From NCBI GenBank assembly GCA_002269645.1, contig NIVC01000566.1:1-64000 (forward strand): a stretch of 64,000 nucleotides of DNA. Direction: 5' to 3'. The stretch is from Macrostomum lignano (taxonomy: Eukaryota). Shown here in pieces: positions 11,201 through 22,030 of the stretch. The translations under genes and the position numbers were made by a program. Numbering within the stretch: the stretch's first letter is position 1; every line of letters begins with the position of its first letter. The notes under the pieces were generated by a model. The model had not been told where the DNA came from, searched no databases, and worked only from the letters and a program-made list of their open reading frames with translations.

Positions 11201-12694
11201 GGTCAACGATTTATTAAAAGTGGGAAATGTCCCTTAATAAGTATTTCTCGAGTATTTATTCCCGTATACGCTCGTAATTCAAGTTCTTTGAGTATTTCAG
11301 TGAGCTTAGATTTTGTATATAAAGAATACTGCAGTCTTGAGAAACATACGAGTATAGGTTTTGCCATTACGTCATTACGAGCGTAAAGAGGCATTATATC
11401 AAAGGTTTTGAATTTTATAAGGCCGCAGTTATTAAATTTTCGTTGCTTAATGCTACTGCAAGGGAACTTCGTTGATAACTTGTTTATCCTTACAAAAGTT
11501 GTCCTTGAGCAGGGCACATAATATACATATTCTGTGGGGCACACTGACAAGAGCAAACATACGACATCTTTTAATTTTGTCTTCTTAAGCCCTAACATTA
11601 ACAACCCTATTCCAAACCCTGATACTAGTAACCATAAACGTAACAACCCCAGCCTTAACCCGAAAAATTGACCTGGTTTCTAGGTGAACTGATAGTGAAC
11701 TGACCCAATCGGAGTGGTCCAAATCTTTTTAAGCTCCTAAATAACGTATTTACGGTGGTTTGGTTTGGGTTTATTTTATCCTGTCTAGATCCGGGTCGAG
11801 TCAAAAACATCCGGTCGAAAAATTCGGGTTAATATTTTCCAAGGTTGTGGAAAGAATCTCACTCATCCTTATTGTCATCCTCATTGCGACGCGCAGGGTG
11901 CCAGGCTGCGCCTAACAGCTCAACCGGGCGCCGAGGGCGTGTACCTCTGCCAGGCTGGCAACAGCATCGGCCAGCCGGACTCTCGCACTGTCCTAGTCCA
12001 GTACCGCGAACCCCTCTCCGGCGCGGTGGCCATGGCAGCCGCCAGCACTGAGTCCACTTCGGTTGAGCTCTCCGTCGGTGACTCACTCCTGTTGACCTGT
12101 GCGTCCCTTGGTGGGCACCCGGCGCCGTACTGGACGTTCTGGTACAAGGAGGTGCTGGGGCGACCGCAGCCGACGCCGATTGGCGCTTCAGGCCCGCTAC
12201 ATCTGGCGGCTCTGCGTCGCGAGGACGCCGGGCGGTACTTCTGCCGCCTAGGCAACGGGCTGGAGACGGCCGAGTCCAACCGCGTCAATGTAACTGTTCT
12301 GTCTAGTAAGCATTGAGCTATCAGGTTATTGACATCGGGATTTTGAATCCATGGAGTGCCTGTTTGAAAGTGTTACGCAACTACTACTATGTATACTACG
12401 AGCGTATGACTGCAAATGTGACTAACATATAGGGGTCATTAAAAATTCTCGAGACCGATGCAATCACCGTTTCAAACATGATCCAATTTGCAGAGTGTCA
12501 ACCAAGTCGATGCCAGCTGAAGTGCCGCTACGGCTACGTGAATGACGCCAATGGCTGCCCAACGTGCGACTGCGTGTCACCCTGCGGCGCTGATGGCGAA
12601 GGTAGTGGCGTCTGCCCCGATGGTCAGATCTGCAAGGCAGTCTGCCCCAGCTCCAGCATCAACTGCAGCAACTTTGTCATTCGATGCATTGCAG
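1..12694 (+). CDS. Papilin/lacunin-like extracellular matrix protein, 5'-truncated by the window (S/T-rich repeat, TSP1-like, ~10 Kunitz, antistasin-like, 3 Ig, antistasin-like)
   Basis: Hand-spliced exons with consistent GT-AG phases: <1-5279, 5586-5677, 5768-6137, 6287-6496, 6682-6927, 7084-7275, 7722-8195, 8804-9931, 10013-10213, 10359-10524, 10862-11183, 11897-12305, 12494-12694. The order S/T region, TSP1, Kunitz, Ig resembles papilin/lacunin. The terminal exon and a PLAC domain were not found; orthology is not established. Confidence 0.8.
5586..6137 (+). CDS. Papilin-like exons 5586-5677 and 5768-6137: TSP1 (ADAMTS-type)-like modules
   Basis: Spliced YTPWSE|CMCDHSSNESYQTREIIC...HWVPGNCSRALGLRIMTPSC resembles the WSxC...RxxxC TSP1 pattern; AG/GT boundaries are in phase. 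Confidence 0.7.
6287..7275 (+). CDS. Papilin-like exons 6287-6496, 6682-6927, 7084-7275: three degenerate Kunitz-type domains
   Basis: Each phase-1/phase-1 exon has a first Cys, an aromatic FGY/YRY/YFY motif, and an N/F-x-F-x6-C-x3-C ending (e.g. NRFDTQEMCEKNC, NSFGSLDECRQHC). Confidence 0.75.
7722..8195 (+). CDS. Papilin-like exon: two canonical BPTI/Kunitz domains
   Basis: CSLPMDEGSC...FVYSGCQGNRNRF...CERTC and CQLPPSAGSC...FTGCGGNANNFETEEDCHYAC. Confidence 0.95.
8331..8777. repeat. (GTAGCT)n hexanucleotide microsatellite in intron
   Basis: Direct read; lies between exons ending 8195 and starting 8804. Confidence 0.97.
8804..9931 (+). CDS. Papilin-like exon: two canonical and about three variant Kunitz domains
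   Basis: CYLAPDPGPCGE...YSGCLGNRNRFLSLAECRNVC and CLHPVSEGRLC...YNGCGGNPNRFGSYRECQARC; acceptor ttttttttgcag, donor AAA C|gtgagc. Confidence 0.93.
10013..10213 (+). CDS. Papilin-like exon: antistasin-like Cys-rich module (not in ORF track)
   Basis: Hand translation CNPRLDECPADCPYGRHRRFTLPESGCRVCRCHDPCAAAGRCGPLERCRVHCSGLQCAEMNVTCET; the CxxxCPYG...GCxxCxC pattern; phases fit both neighbours. Confidence 0.8.
10359..12305 (+). CDS. Papilin-like exons 10359-10524, 10862-11183, 11897-12305: three Ig (I-set-like) domains
   Basis: VRLAC...VWKKD...DSGAYRC; LVCEVRGQPPPTVRW...EGVYLCQAGN; LTCASLGGHPAPYWTFW...DAGRYFCRLGN. Confidence 0.9.
12494..12694 (+). CDS. Papilin-like exon: second antistasin-like module
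   Basis: CQPSRCQLKCRYGYVNDANGCPTCDCVSPC...; acceptor tttgcag, donor G|gtaatt (or read-through to stop at 12717). Confidence 0.85.
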
Positions 12695-14678
12695 GTAATT
12701 TCAGGTGGAAGAGCTGAAGTACTAAACCAAAGATACAACAACTTTTCCATTACGGGTGTTATAAGTACAACTTAAAAATGAGCTCGAGCTGATTGGAAGT
12801 TGGCCTCTGGTGCACTGCGTGTAGCCTAGGATGGAGAGCGAGCGGCCTCTTTGATGTAGCATCGCTAGGATGGAGACTCGGAAAGGCGGTTTCTTTGATG
12901 TAATTCAACTAGGATGGAGCAGCGGCCTTTTGAATTTAGAAAAAAAATAGAACCAAATTTCTAGAGCCTAAAGTGACTACTATCAACTACACCCACCCAC
13001 ATTTGACAGTAACCGCTAGCTCGAACTCGACGGACAGAACTGGCTTATTGGTGCAACTGAAGAGGTGATGCAATCTGCTGTGAAGTCACTTTTTACTGTA
13101 AAAGCTAATTTCATCGCGCATATAAATAATTTCTTAGACAGCTTGCAATTTTTAAGAAATTAAAATTTCCGTCTTTGTACATTCTTTTCTATTCTCTATC
13201 CCTATATAGCTGAGGCAATTCACACAGATGTACATCCGAGTCCTTACAACTGTACACTGGAAGCCTAAGAAATCGATAAAGGGGTGACGGGGCGGGCGGG
13301 GTTACCCTGACGCCAGTGTGTTGAAGAGAGCAGCGAACTGTTTACAATCTGGCCTGGGGTAAGGGGGTTGCTTATGTCGTATTAAAATTAGCACTGGGAC
13401 TAAGAATGGTTTAAAGTTATCCTTTGTCTAGAATTATGATAAGAAACTAATGAGCTATCCTGAAACATTTATACCATAGCCAAACTTGACGCTTAATGCA
13501 TATTTGGCTCAAAATATCTCTTTAAGCCATGGATACTTTCATAATCAGCCCTAACCTAATCAAATAACGCATTGATTCTACTCTGCAAGCCTTTTTACTA
13601 TCCGTGCCGGATTTTGAAATACCTCTATTTGTTTGGTAGCGCTGGATTTTACACGCTATTTTCAAACTATTAGCATACTGCAATTCCTTTCCTATATCTA
13701 TTGTTTACTAGCTATTCTGCCAATATCTGCGATACAATACTTAGATATTACCACAAATTCTAGAACAACTAGATATGCCACTCGCGAAATGCGTTCATCT
13801 ACTCTTTCAAGACGCAAAATTAACGTTTTTGCTTTGAAATTTGAACTTTGTAGCTTGGCTTCCCTCTTGCCCGCTTGTACGTCTGACTTTGACAGCCAAA
13901 CCAAACTCTCTCCCTAATTCAATCTCATTGGCTGAGCTAGATTGGGCCTGCCCCATACATAAAGCTAGGTTTCGTCCGTCTAACTTTGACCTCTCTCCTC
14001 TCTGGGCTCTCATTGGCTGGGCTAGATTAGGCCTGCCTCTAGACTGAGTTTCGTCCGACTTGCGTTCACTTGTGTACACCGAGATAAATGCTGTTTTTCA
14101 TTCTCAATCTCATCTGTTCCTGAGTCCAAGACCGGCCGAGGAAGAAAAGGAAATTTTAGGTGCCGCATCAAATTTAAGTGACAATGCGCAGACAAACCAC
14201 TGAAGAAAGAGTAGAGACGCTATTCTTTTTCACAACTTCAAATTCGAGTGACACATCTAGTTTATCTAGATAGTCTAGTTAGTATGTACTGCTAATATTT
14301 ATAATTTGTTTATGCTATACAGCCTATTGCTGAATCGTAGAAATCATTTTTTTGAAGCAATATCAACTGCATGTACGTAATTTCCCATGCTTTTAACAAT
14401 TAATAAATACCAGCGATTGAAATTTGATTTAGCCAAATAGAAATTGCTTATATTTATTTATTTGTTCTGTTTTAAAACATTTACATTACGTTTAATGTAT
14501 TCGCAGGGTTCATACCGGTATTTACACAGAATTTATGTAAACAACGCTTGTAATGCATTAAAAATGATTGAGATCCGGGGAAAATACTCCTCGACATTTG
14601 ACTGCTACAAATTGCTGCCGATCGAAGCTAACCCTTTACATTTAAACCTAGCCCTAGCCCTAGCCCTAACCCTAATTC

Positions 14679-14852
14679 CAGGGGTCGGCAAACTTTTTTA
14701 CCTCAAGGCCCAGATAATTAGAAACCAGCTCATGGCTGCGGGTCGAGAGCAGAGCAGAGTCGAGAGATGGGATAAGAGAAAAGGCAAAAGATAAGAGGAG
14801 AGAAGAGGAGAGAAGAGGGGAAAGAGGAGGGAGAGAGAGGGGAGAAGAGAGA

Positions 14853-14933
<81 letters not shown>

Positions 14934-15035
14934 GAAAGTAGACACAAACCTTGTGAAGTTTCAAAAGACCCGAGGACCGGATGAAGAGGCTTAAAGGGCC
15001 GCATGTGACCCGCGGTTGGAATTTACCGACTCCTG
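14679..15035. mobile_element. hAT/Charlie-like non-autonomous MITE carrying a (GA)n tract
   Basis: Left end CAGGGGTCGGCAAAC; right end TTTACCGACTCCTG (imperfect inverse); subterminal GGGCCGCATGTGACCCGCGG as in Charlie-type MITEs. Inserted in a CCCTAG/CCCTAA run; no clean 8-bp TSD. Confidence 0.7.
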
Positions 15036-15296
15036 TCCTAACCCTAAGACATACATTCACATGGAGCAGCATGCTTATTAGAACCGAATATTATATCGAT
15101 AATGCTATCTTCAAACAACAGACGTGTCCCAAAAATGGGATAAAACTTGGTCCGCTAACCATGAGCAAGCAGTTTTTTGCCTGATAACAGACATGTAAGC
15201 AGAGCTGTAAAACTTTCCGTTAGCGCAGTATTTATGTGTACATGGGATTTTACAAGAGCACTGCAGAGTGACAGTTTATCTGGAAGTTTTCGGCGA

Positions 15297-17779
15297 TCAG
15301 CAGCCGCAGTCGCAGCAGCACGACTCCTCGTGCCCGTCCCTGATGCAGCATTCATCAGGAGCTGTACGATTGAAGCAGAAATTACATTCGCAGCAGCAGA
15401 AGCATTCGTTGCTGCAGCAGGCGTGCCAGCTCGAGTGCCACAGAGGCGGATGAAGGATCAGATCCTGCTGCAGCAGGCGCTGGTGCAGGAACTCGTGCAG
15501 CTGCCTCATCTCACAAAGCATGTCGCAGCTGCTGCATTCGAAGCTGCAGCAGCGATCGGCATCGGAACCGGCTGTCCTGACGGAGTCCAGCCGCTCTTGC
15601 CGCCGACTTCCTGCAGCAGATTTCTTGCTGGTGCTTGTAGCAGCAGCAGCAGAAGAAACATGAGCAGCATCTGGGACCGTTGAATATAGCTGCAGTCTGT
15701 CGAATGAGACCTTCGAGGTCAGCAGTGGGAAGTTTGCTGTGCGATTCGATAACAATTAATTTAGTGACATGCACACGTGTACTTGAAATTTGAAATATTG
15801 CGTATATCTTGGTTGTCTTTGGACTTCTGGTCTCTCACTACTAAGGCTCTATAATTGCTCGTAACTTCAATTACCGATGTGAGAGCCAAGTAACTGAGGC
15901 GGCGGATTCGACTGACTTTTCCTGATGATGCAATCACTTGATATTAACTTACCGTTGTATTTGATGTTCACAAACTCGAGATGTTTGTCTTACAAGGAAT
16001 AAAATATAAGAAAGATGCTCCGGGTAAGAACAGAAGGTTCAGTCTATTGTAGGGAAAGGATTGGCTGCCGGTTTATCAGTTTTGGTAATTAGATTTGAGT
16101 ACTAACTGTTTCAATAAAAAGTAACTCTTAAACAGCGAATGAGTTGGGAGATGAGAAGGTGAGCTAGCAGAGAGCTAGAAGACTGGGAGGCGATCGAGCT
16201 TCTTGCTTGGTTTTAACCTTTTTTACAGCATTTTTCAGTCTTTCGCATTAGGTGGTACTGTACATGACTAATATTTCAATTGCTGAGATTGGGGTCGTGT
16301 CCTCAGCTTTTGTCAAGGACTACTTAAGTAGGATGGGAAATCTCGTTTTTGGAAAAATTTTTGAAGGCTGGTTTTCCGAAAAAATACACTACGGAGATAG
16401 GAAGTTTTTTAGCACAAAAATTGTTATTGCTTTTGATGTGAGGCAGATCCAATGTTCATTTTTTGATATGTTGTGCCTGCTGAGCCGCGCCATTTTAATG
16501 GTTTTTAGGCACAGGACATGCGCAATTGTTCGTATAGGATCAAAAATTAACATAGAATCCTAATTTTCTGAACGAAAAGCTTTATAAATATCAATAAAAC
16601 TATAAGAAAGGCACATCATTTCAAAAAATGAACACTGGGTCTGCCTCCTATCTAAAGCAATAACAATTTTTGTGCTGAAAAAACTTACTATCTCCGTAGT
16701 GTATTTTTCGGCGAACAGTTGCCTTTAAACAATTGCCATCGATTTTGAGTGCTGCGTCCTTCTGTTTAAGTTGTCCTGGTAAAAATCTGAACAACTGAAA
16801 GGTAAAAATCCGATTTCATTAACGACTGCTATAAGCCGGTATGCTGCCTGCACCCAATTCTCCCCCATTGATTGGCAACAAGGGTTGTGCAAGTTGATTG
16901 ATGCACAATGCAAAACTAATCCCAATCTCGATTGCACAGTCACAATATTGGTCAGGGGCTGGCTGTGACCGGATGCACATCATACAGCTAGAAAGTTGTT
17001 TGACAAACTCGATTCACATTAATTTGGGACTACATGTAAATTGGAATCTCGGCTTGTGCAATAAACAGCTAGTGAAGTGTACATGCCTAGCTAACGATAA
17101 ATAAAGTTAGGGCCGCGCTGTACACTCCTGTGTGAGTGTGTGCCTGTGCGTATGACTGCGTACGGCGCGCTTGTGTGCCTGCTCAGGGGAGTCGGCGGAA
17201 TGCAGGGGCAGCAATGCCTCCTTGCCAGTTGTCACAATGTCGCTTAAATTAAGTGCGCCAGGGTTTGCAAAGGCCCTGCCTCTAATCTAGAAAAATGACC
17301 AGTAGTTTATGAAACTGGCCCAGGTCCTCAGTTTTCGCGCAGAAATCCAAAGTTTTTGTGGGCGTGCGATTCGAACCCAGTTGCCTGTACATACTCCAGT
17401 TGACGCGTTGAGTCGGATGCATAGATCTCTACAGTATGTTCACTGAGCAGCTGACTGCATGCAATAAGGAAGACGAATATATAGGCCAAGAATGTCTTCC
17501 GTCACCTGCAGAGCGATGTGATAACCTCCTACGCATGCACCTAGGCATTCGCATGCTACATGTACATGTACGCTTCAATTTCCAAGCACCTAAAGGAGCA
17601 ACAACCAATCAATCAAAGCTTTTTACCCTCATTCCGTGCAATTCAACGTCCGGCGCCTGCGCCTCGGTCTGCTGTGCCGAGCTGCGCTGCCGGCACATGC
17701 TACTACTGCTCCGCATCGGGGTTGAGTAGTGCAAACCGGTTTTCGCCTTCGATTTCTGATTGGATGTCATTTCTGACAT
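15297..17779 (-). CDS. Candidate small cysteine-rich protein gene (exons 17779-17627, 17505-17444, 15736-15511 or to 15297)
   Basis: Phase-consistent GT-AG chain gives ...VTEDILGLYIRLPYCMQSAAHKLPTADLEGLIRQTAAIFNGPRCCSCFFCCCC...; an overlapping frame (ORF 15297-15755) has strongly C/G-ending codons and CCSFEC/CCSNEC/CCCDCGC motifs. The true frame is unresolved. Confidence 0.4.
16376..16711. repeat. ~103-bp imperfect inverted repeat pair (16376-16478 / 16609-16711), MITE-like foldback
   Basis: ccgaaaaaatacactacggagatag...tgtgcct is matched by aggcaca...ctatctccgtagtgtatttttcgg. Confidence 0.85.
17008..17225 (+). mobile_element. 5'-truncated copy of the SINE-like repeat at 30770-31056
   Basis: Shares aaattggaatctcggctt, ctaacgataaataaagt.agggcc..gctgtacactcctgtgtgagtgt.tgcctgtgcgtatgactgcgtacg with 30845-31056. 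Confidence 0.75.
17300..17425 (-). mobile_element. Degenerate tRNA-derived SINE-like fragment
   Basis: Minus-strand B-box GGGTTCGAATC at 17368-17378; no cloverleaf. Confidence 0.35.
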
Positions 17780-18287
17780 ATTGTTGGCTTGTGGCAATGC
17801 TGTGGGAGGAAGCAGCCTGGCAGGGTATTTATGCCGGAGGCTGTTCCGCACCAGCAAGCCAACTAATGCAAGACAGGAAGTCCTGTCGAATCCAACCGCT
17901 TGTCTTGGCTGAACTAATTGACCTGTTCGAATAAGTGAACCGAAATTCCAGTCAAAAAGGCCGTCACTTTTGTTAAACAAATTTATAATAATGCGCGCTT
18001 CTGTGGGTAAGGAAATTGCAGAAGCGCCGATGCTCATTAATATATTTATTTTGTTCCGAGAGACATTGGCAGCCATTAACAAGGGCTTAACAAAACAATC
18101 ACGACAAGAGTTCCGAAAATTCACTGACAAATATTACACAGCAAAAAAACAAACAGCGCTACAATGAATGAGCGAACCATCCAAATATGTAACATTTATT
18201 AAGTTAAACTGTGAATTGTCAATTTTATTTTGGGTTCTTTGTGGTGGCTAACAACGTGAAAGATGGCAGGGTTTCAATGCAGGTCAA

Positions 18288-18958
18288 GGGATAGAGCGGT
18301 GGCCTGAAGGGTTGGGGAGGTGGGTAGAGCAGTGGCCTACACTGAAGGGTTGGGGGGGGGGTAGAGCGGTGGCCTACACTGAAGGGTTGGGGGTGGGGGG
18401 GGTAGAGCGGTGGCCTACACTGAAGGGTTGGGGGGGTAGAGCGGTGGCCTACACTGAAGGGTTTGGGGGGGGGGTAGAGCGGTGGCCCACACTGAAGGGT
18501 TGGGGGGGTAGAGAGGTGGCCTACACTGACGGGTTGGGGGGTAGAGAGGTGGCCTACACTGAAGGGTTTGGGGGGTAGAGCGGTGGCCCACCCTGAAGGG
18601 TTGGGGGGGGGGTAGAGCGGTGGCCTACACTGAAGGGTTGGGGGGTAGAGAGGTGGCCTACACTGAAGGGTTTGGGGGGTAGAGCGGTGGCCTACACTGA
18701 AGGGTTTGGGGGGTAGAGCGGTGGCCCACCCTGAAGGGTTGGGGGGGGGTAGAGCGGTGGCCTACACTGAAGGGTTGGGGGGGGGTAGAGCGGTGGCCTA
18801 CACTGAAGGGTTTGGGGGGGGTAGAGCGGTGGCCCACCCTGAAGGGTTGGGGGGGGGGTAGAGCGGTGGCCCACACTGAAGGGTTGGGGGGTGGAGCGGT
18901 GGCCTACACTGAAGGGTTGGGGGGGTGGAGCGGTGGCCCACACTGAAGGGTTGGGGAG
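18288..18958. repeat. G-rich ~33-bp minisatellite (gggtagagcggtggcctacactgaagggttgggg)
   Basis: About 20 units with variable G-run length. Confidence 0.95.
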
Positions 18959-20964
18959 TAGAATTAACCCACAAAAGTACATGGCTGTCCAATCATTGTA
19001 CTAAGATGCTCTGCCCCACCAGCAAGTGTCGTGTGAGGTTAGATCGTTCGCTTCAAATAAAATATTATTTTTACACTGATTTGAAGACCTGTGCGCATAA
19101 AAGTGCAGTTTAAAATCTGGCTACAGCGGCAGAAGATGAAAGCCAAGGAAGCTGAGATTTAGCTAGTCCGATAAATCTTAGCAAGCTTCGAGCGTTAATC
19201 TGCAATAAAGCCGAGCAAATTCCGTTTAATGTGACTTAGCCGACCAGAATGGCTTTAGCATTCCGAGAAGAAACGAAGAGAGATTAATCAACTGCTGATC
19301 GAAGTTTTACAGATAAAAATGAGATAATCACAAGTATGCAAAGCGAACAGAGCATGAATGCGCGCGAGGCATTCTGTAGAAAATGATTGGCAATCCAGCG
19401 TCACGTGACACGCGCGGACAGCATATTGCACGGGTTGGTAAATAATTTTCGGAAAGCCTGTGGGATGAGAAAGCTATGCTAGATTGCAAAAATTGAATAG
19501 AAGAACATCATGTACTTTTAAGTCCTATTAAAAGCCACAGCTCTTATGCAGCTCTACAGACGAATCATACGTAAAGATTCCATTTATAAAATCACTTTTC
19601 GATACATATCGGCAGCAGAGTACACGCAAACAAAACAAATAACCGTATGAAAATTACTAAATAAACAGACTGACTGTGCCATGAATACGAAAGCTGGAAC
19701 ATAATCTTAAAAAAATATAATTTTTAGCTACTGGCGCGGACTGCGCGGAGGTCCCAAGTTCGACAGCCCGGCAGCCAAGGAGCCGGAAACCGACGACGGA
19801 ATCGAAGTCGGCACCGAGCGACGCATCGACTTGGCGGCCCGGCGAGACGACATGCGCAATCGCTGAGCGACAGACAGGTCGAAGTCTGCGGATTTCCGTA
19901 CGAATCAATTGTGATTTTTTAGTTGATTTCACTCATTTGAATAACATATTGCACGGTCATATTGATTTGTACTACTAGTAGTAGACAAATTCTGTGCGTG
20001 CAGTAATTTTCCTACTGGGCCAGTCAAGACACTGCTGAATTTGCCAATCTATTCAGTAATACAACACGCAAAGCTTACATGCGGCATGAGTTGCCAACAG
20101 GCACAGAATGCAAGACATTGACAGTCTTTTTAAACACAACATTTATAAATTGCATTTCATAAACAGACAACTAAAAAGCAACACAAAACTAGGCAACAAG
20201 GATATAAAATAAACAATAAATGAACAACACCAACATGCCGAGATGCTTATTGATTTGCTGTCTCCTGTGAAATCTCACTAAACTGCCTACTCAGGCTATT
20301 AGTAGTATAGGCAAACTAGTGAGCTTATTTCTAAATTTGAATTGTTTTAAAAGACGTCATCATTCTCTAAATTTGGCACAACTGCAGGACAGCATGCTGG
20401 AAGTAAAAGCTGATGTTACACTAACTTGGTGTTTAGAAAGATTTACCAAAGGCGCAGCTCAAAGTCCAGCTACAACAGAGAAGGGAAATTATTATATAAA
20501 TAGCATTTTAGTTAAACATTTTAGCTAGCTAGCAGCTTTGCTAAGAACTCAAGTAGTCTGCGTCGCAATTTTTCGTTATTTTTTTAGCCAAAAACAAAAA
20601 ACAAACCGATCGTAAAGCTTGAAAAACCGAAAGACAGGAAGCCAAGCCCTGCTAGCAGCTTATCGCTTTCTACTACTAAAAGTAGGCAGTCTACAATTGC
20701 TAATTATAAGAGCTGTTTAAGAGGAAATATTCGAAGAGGCAAAGGTAAAACTGTAAATTGTACAACACCGACAGAGAATAAATAGAGCTGCAAGGACGAC
20801 CGCTGGTAAAAGATAAATGCTGCTTTAAAAAGTCATTACCAAGATTATAAGGCAGTTTTCAGCACCTCACAGGCTCCGATCATGCGATGTGCAATCAAAA
20901 GCAGAACAGGAGTCAATTAAGGTTTTTGGGACACCTGTTAGTCTTGTAACTTTGCTTTGTTGCC

Positions 20965-22030
20965 AGGGGCGTCGCCATGGATTTTATGTGGGGGGGGGCA
21001 AAGCCAAGAATTTTTCATGTACATGTACATTACTAAAAATTCTGCAGGTACATTATTTTCAGAATTGGTGTCGTCGGCACTAATTTTAGCGCCGCAGGCA
21101 TTCATTTAACTATGAGTATTCTATATTATACATTTAGTATAGGTGGACTAGCGCACAGCAACCCTTAAGGGTGGGCCTGAATGCATTTATAAGACAATCA
21201 TTTTAGCGCTACAGACGCTCATTTTAGCGCCACAGGCACTCATTTTAACGCGGCAGGCACTCATTTTGGCGCCACAGGCACTCATTTTAGCGCCACAGGC
21301 ACTCATTTTAACGCGGCAGGCACTCATTTTGGCGCCGCAGGCACTCATTTTGGCGCTACAGACGCTCATTTTAGCGCCATAGGCACTCATTTTAACGCGG
21401 CAGGCACTCATTTTAGCGCCACAGGCACTCATTTTAACGCGGCAGGCACTCATTTTAGCGCCACAGGCACTTATTTTAGCGCCATAGGCACTCATTTTAA
21501 CGCGGCAGGCACTCATTTTAGCGCCACAGGCACTCATTTTAGCGCCACAGGCACTCATTTTAACGCGGCAGGCACTCATTTTAGCGCCACAGGCACTCAT
21601 TTTAGCGCCATAGGCACTCATTTTAACGCGGCAGGCACTCATTTTAGCGCCACAGGCACTCATTTTGGCGCCATATGCACTCATTTTAGCGCCACAGGTA
21701 CTCATTTTAACGCGGCAGGCACTCCTTTTAGCGTCACAGGCGGTATGTTTCGTCGCCCTGAAGCAAAATGATTGATTTTCATAATGGGTCACAAGGAAGG
21801 GTGGGGGGGGGGATAAAGCATTGGCATGTCCCCAATAGCTTTTATTGGGGGGGAGCATGTCCCCCAATAGCTTTTACTGGGGGGGCATGTCCCCCAATAG
21901 CTTTTACTGGGGGGGCATGTCCCCCAATAGCTTTTACTGGGGGAGCATGTCCCCCAATAGCTTTTACTGGGGGGGCATGTCCCCCAATAGCTTTTACTGG
22001 GGGGGCATGTCCCCCGGTGGCGACGCCCCT
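20965..22030. mobile_element. Non-autonomous TIR element filled with two minisatellites (21-bp at ~21190-21740; 30-bp at ~21826-22016)
   Basis: Perfect 13-bp inverted ends AGGGGCGTCGCCA (20965) / TGGCGACGCCCCT (22018-22030); flanks ttgcc / ttgct; no transposase ORF. Confidence 0.75.

Noticed and set aside
18312-18992. Several Gly/Pro-rich ORFs
   Set aside because: Products of the G-rich minisatellite.
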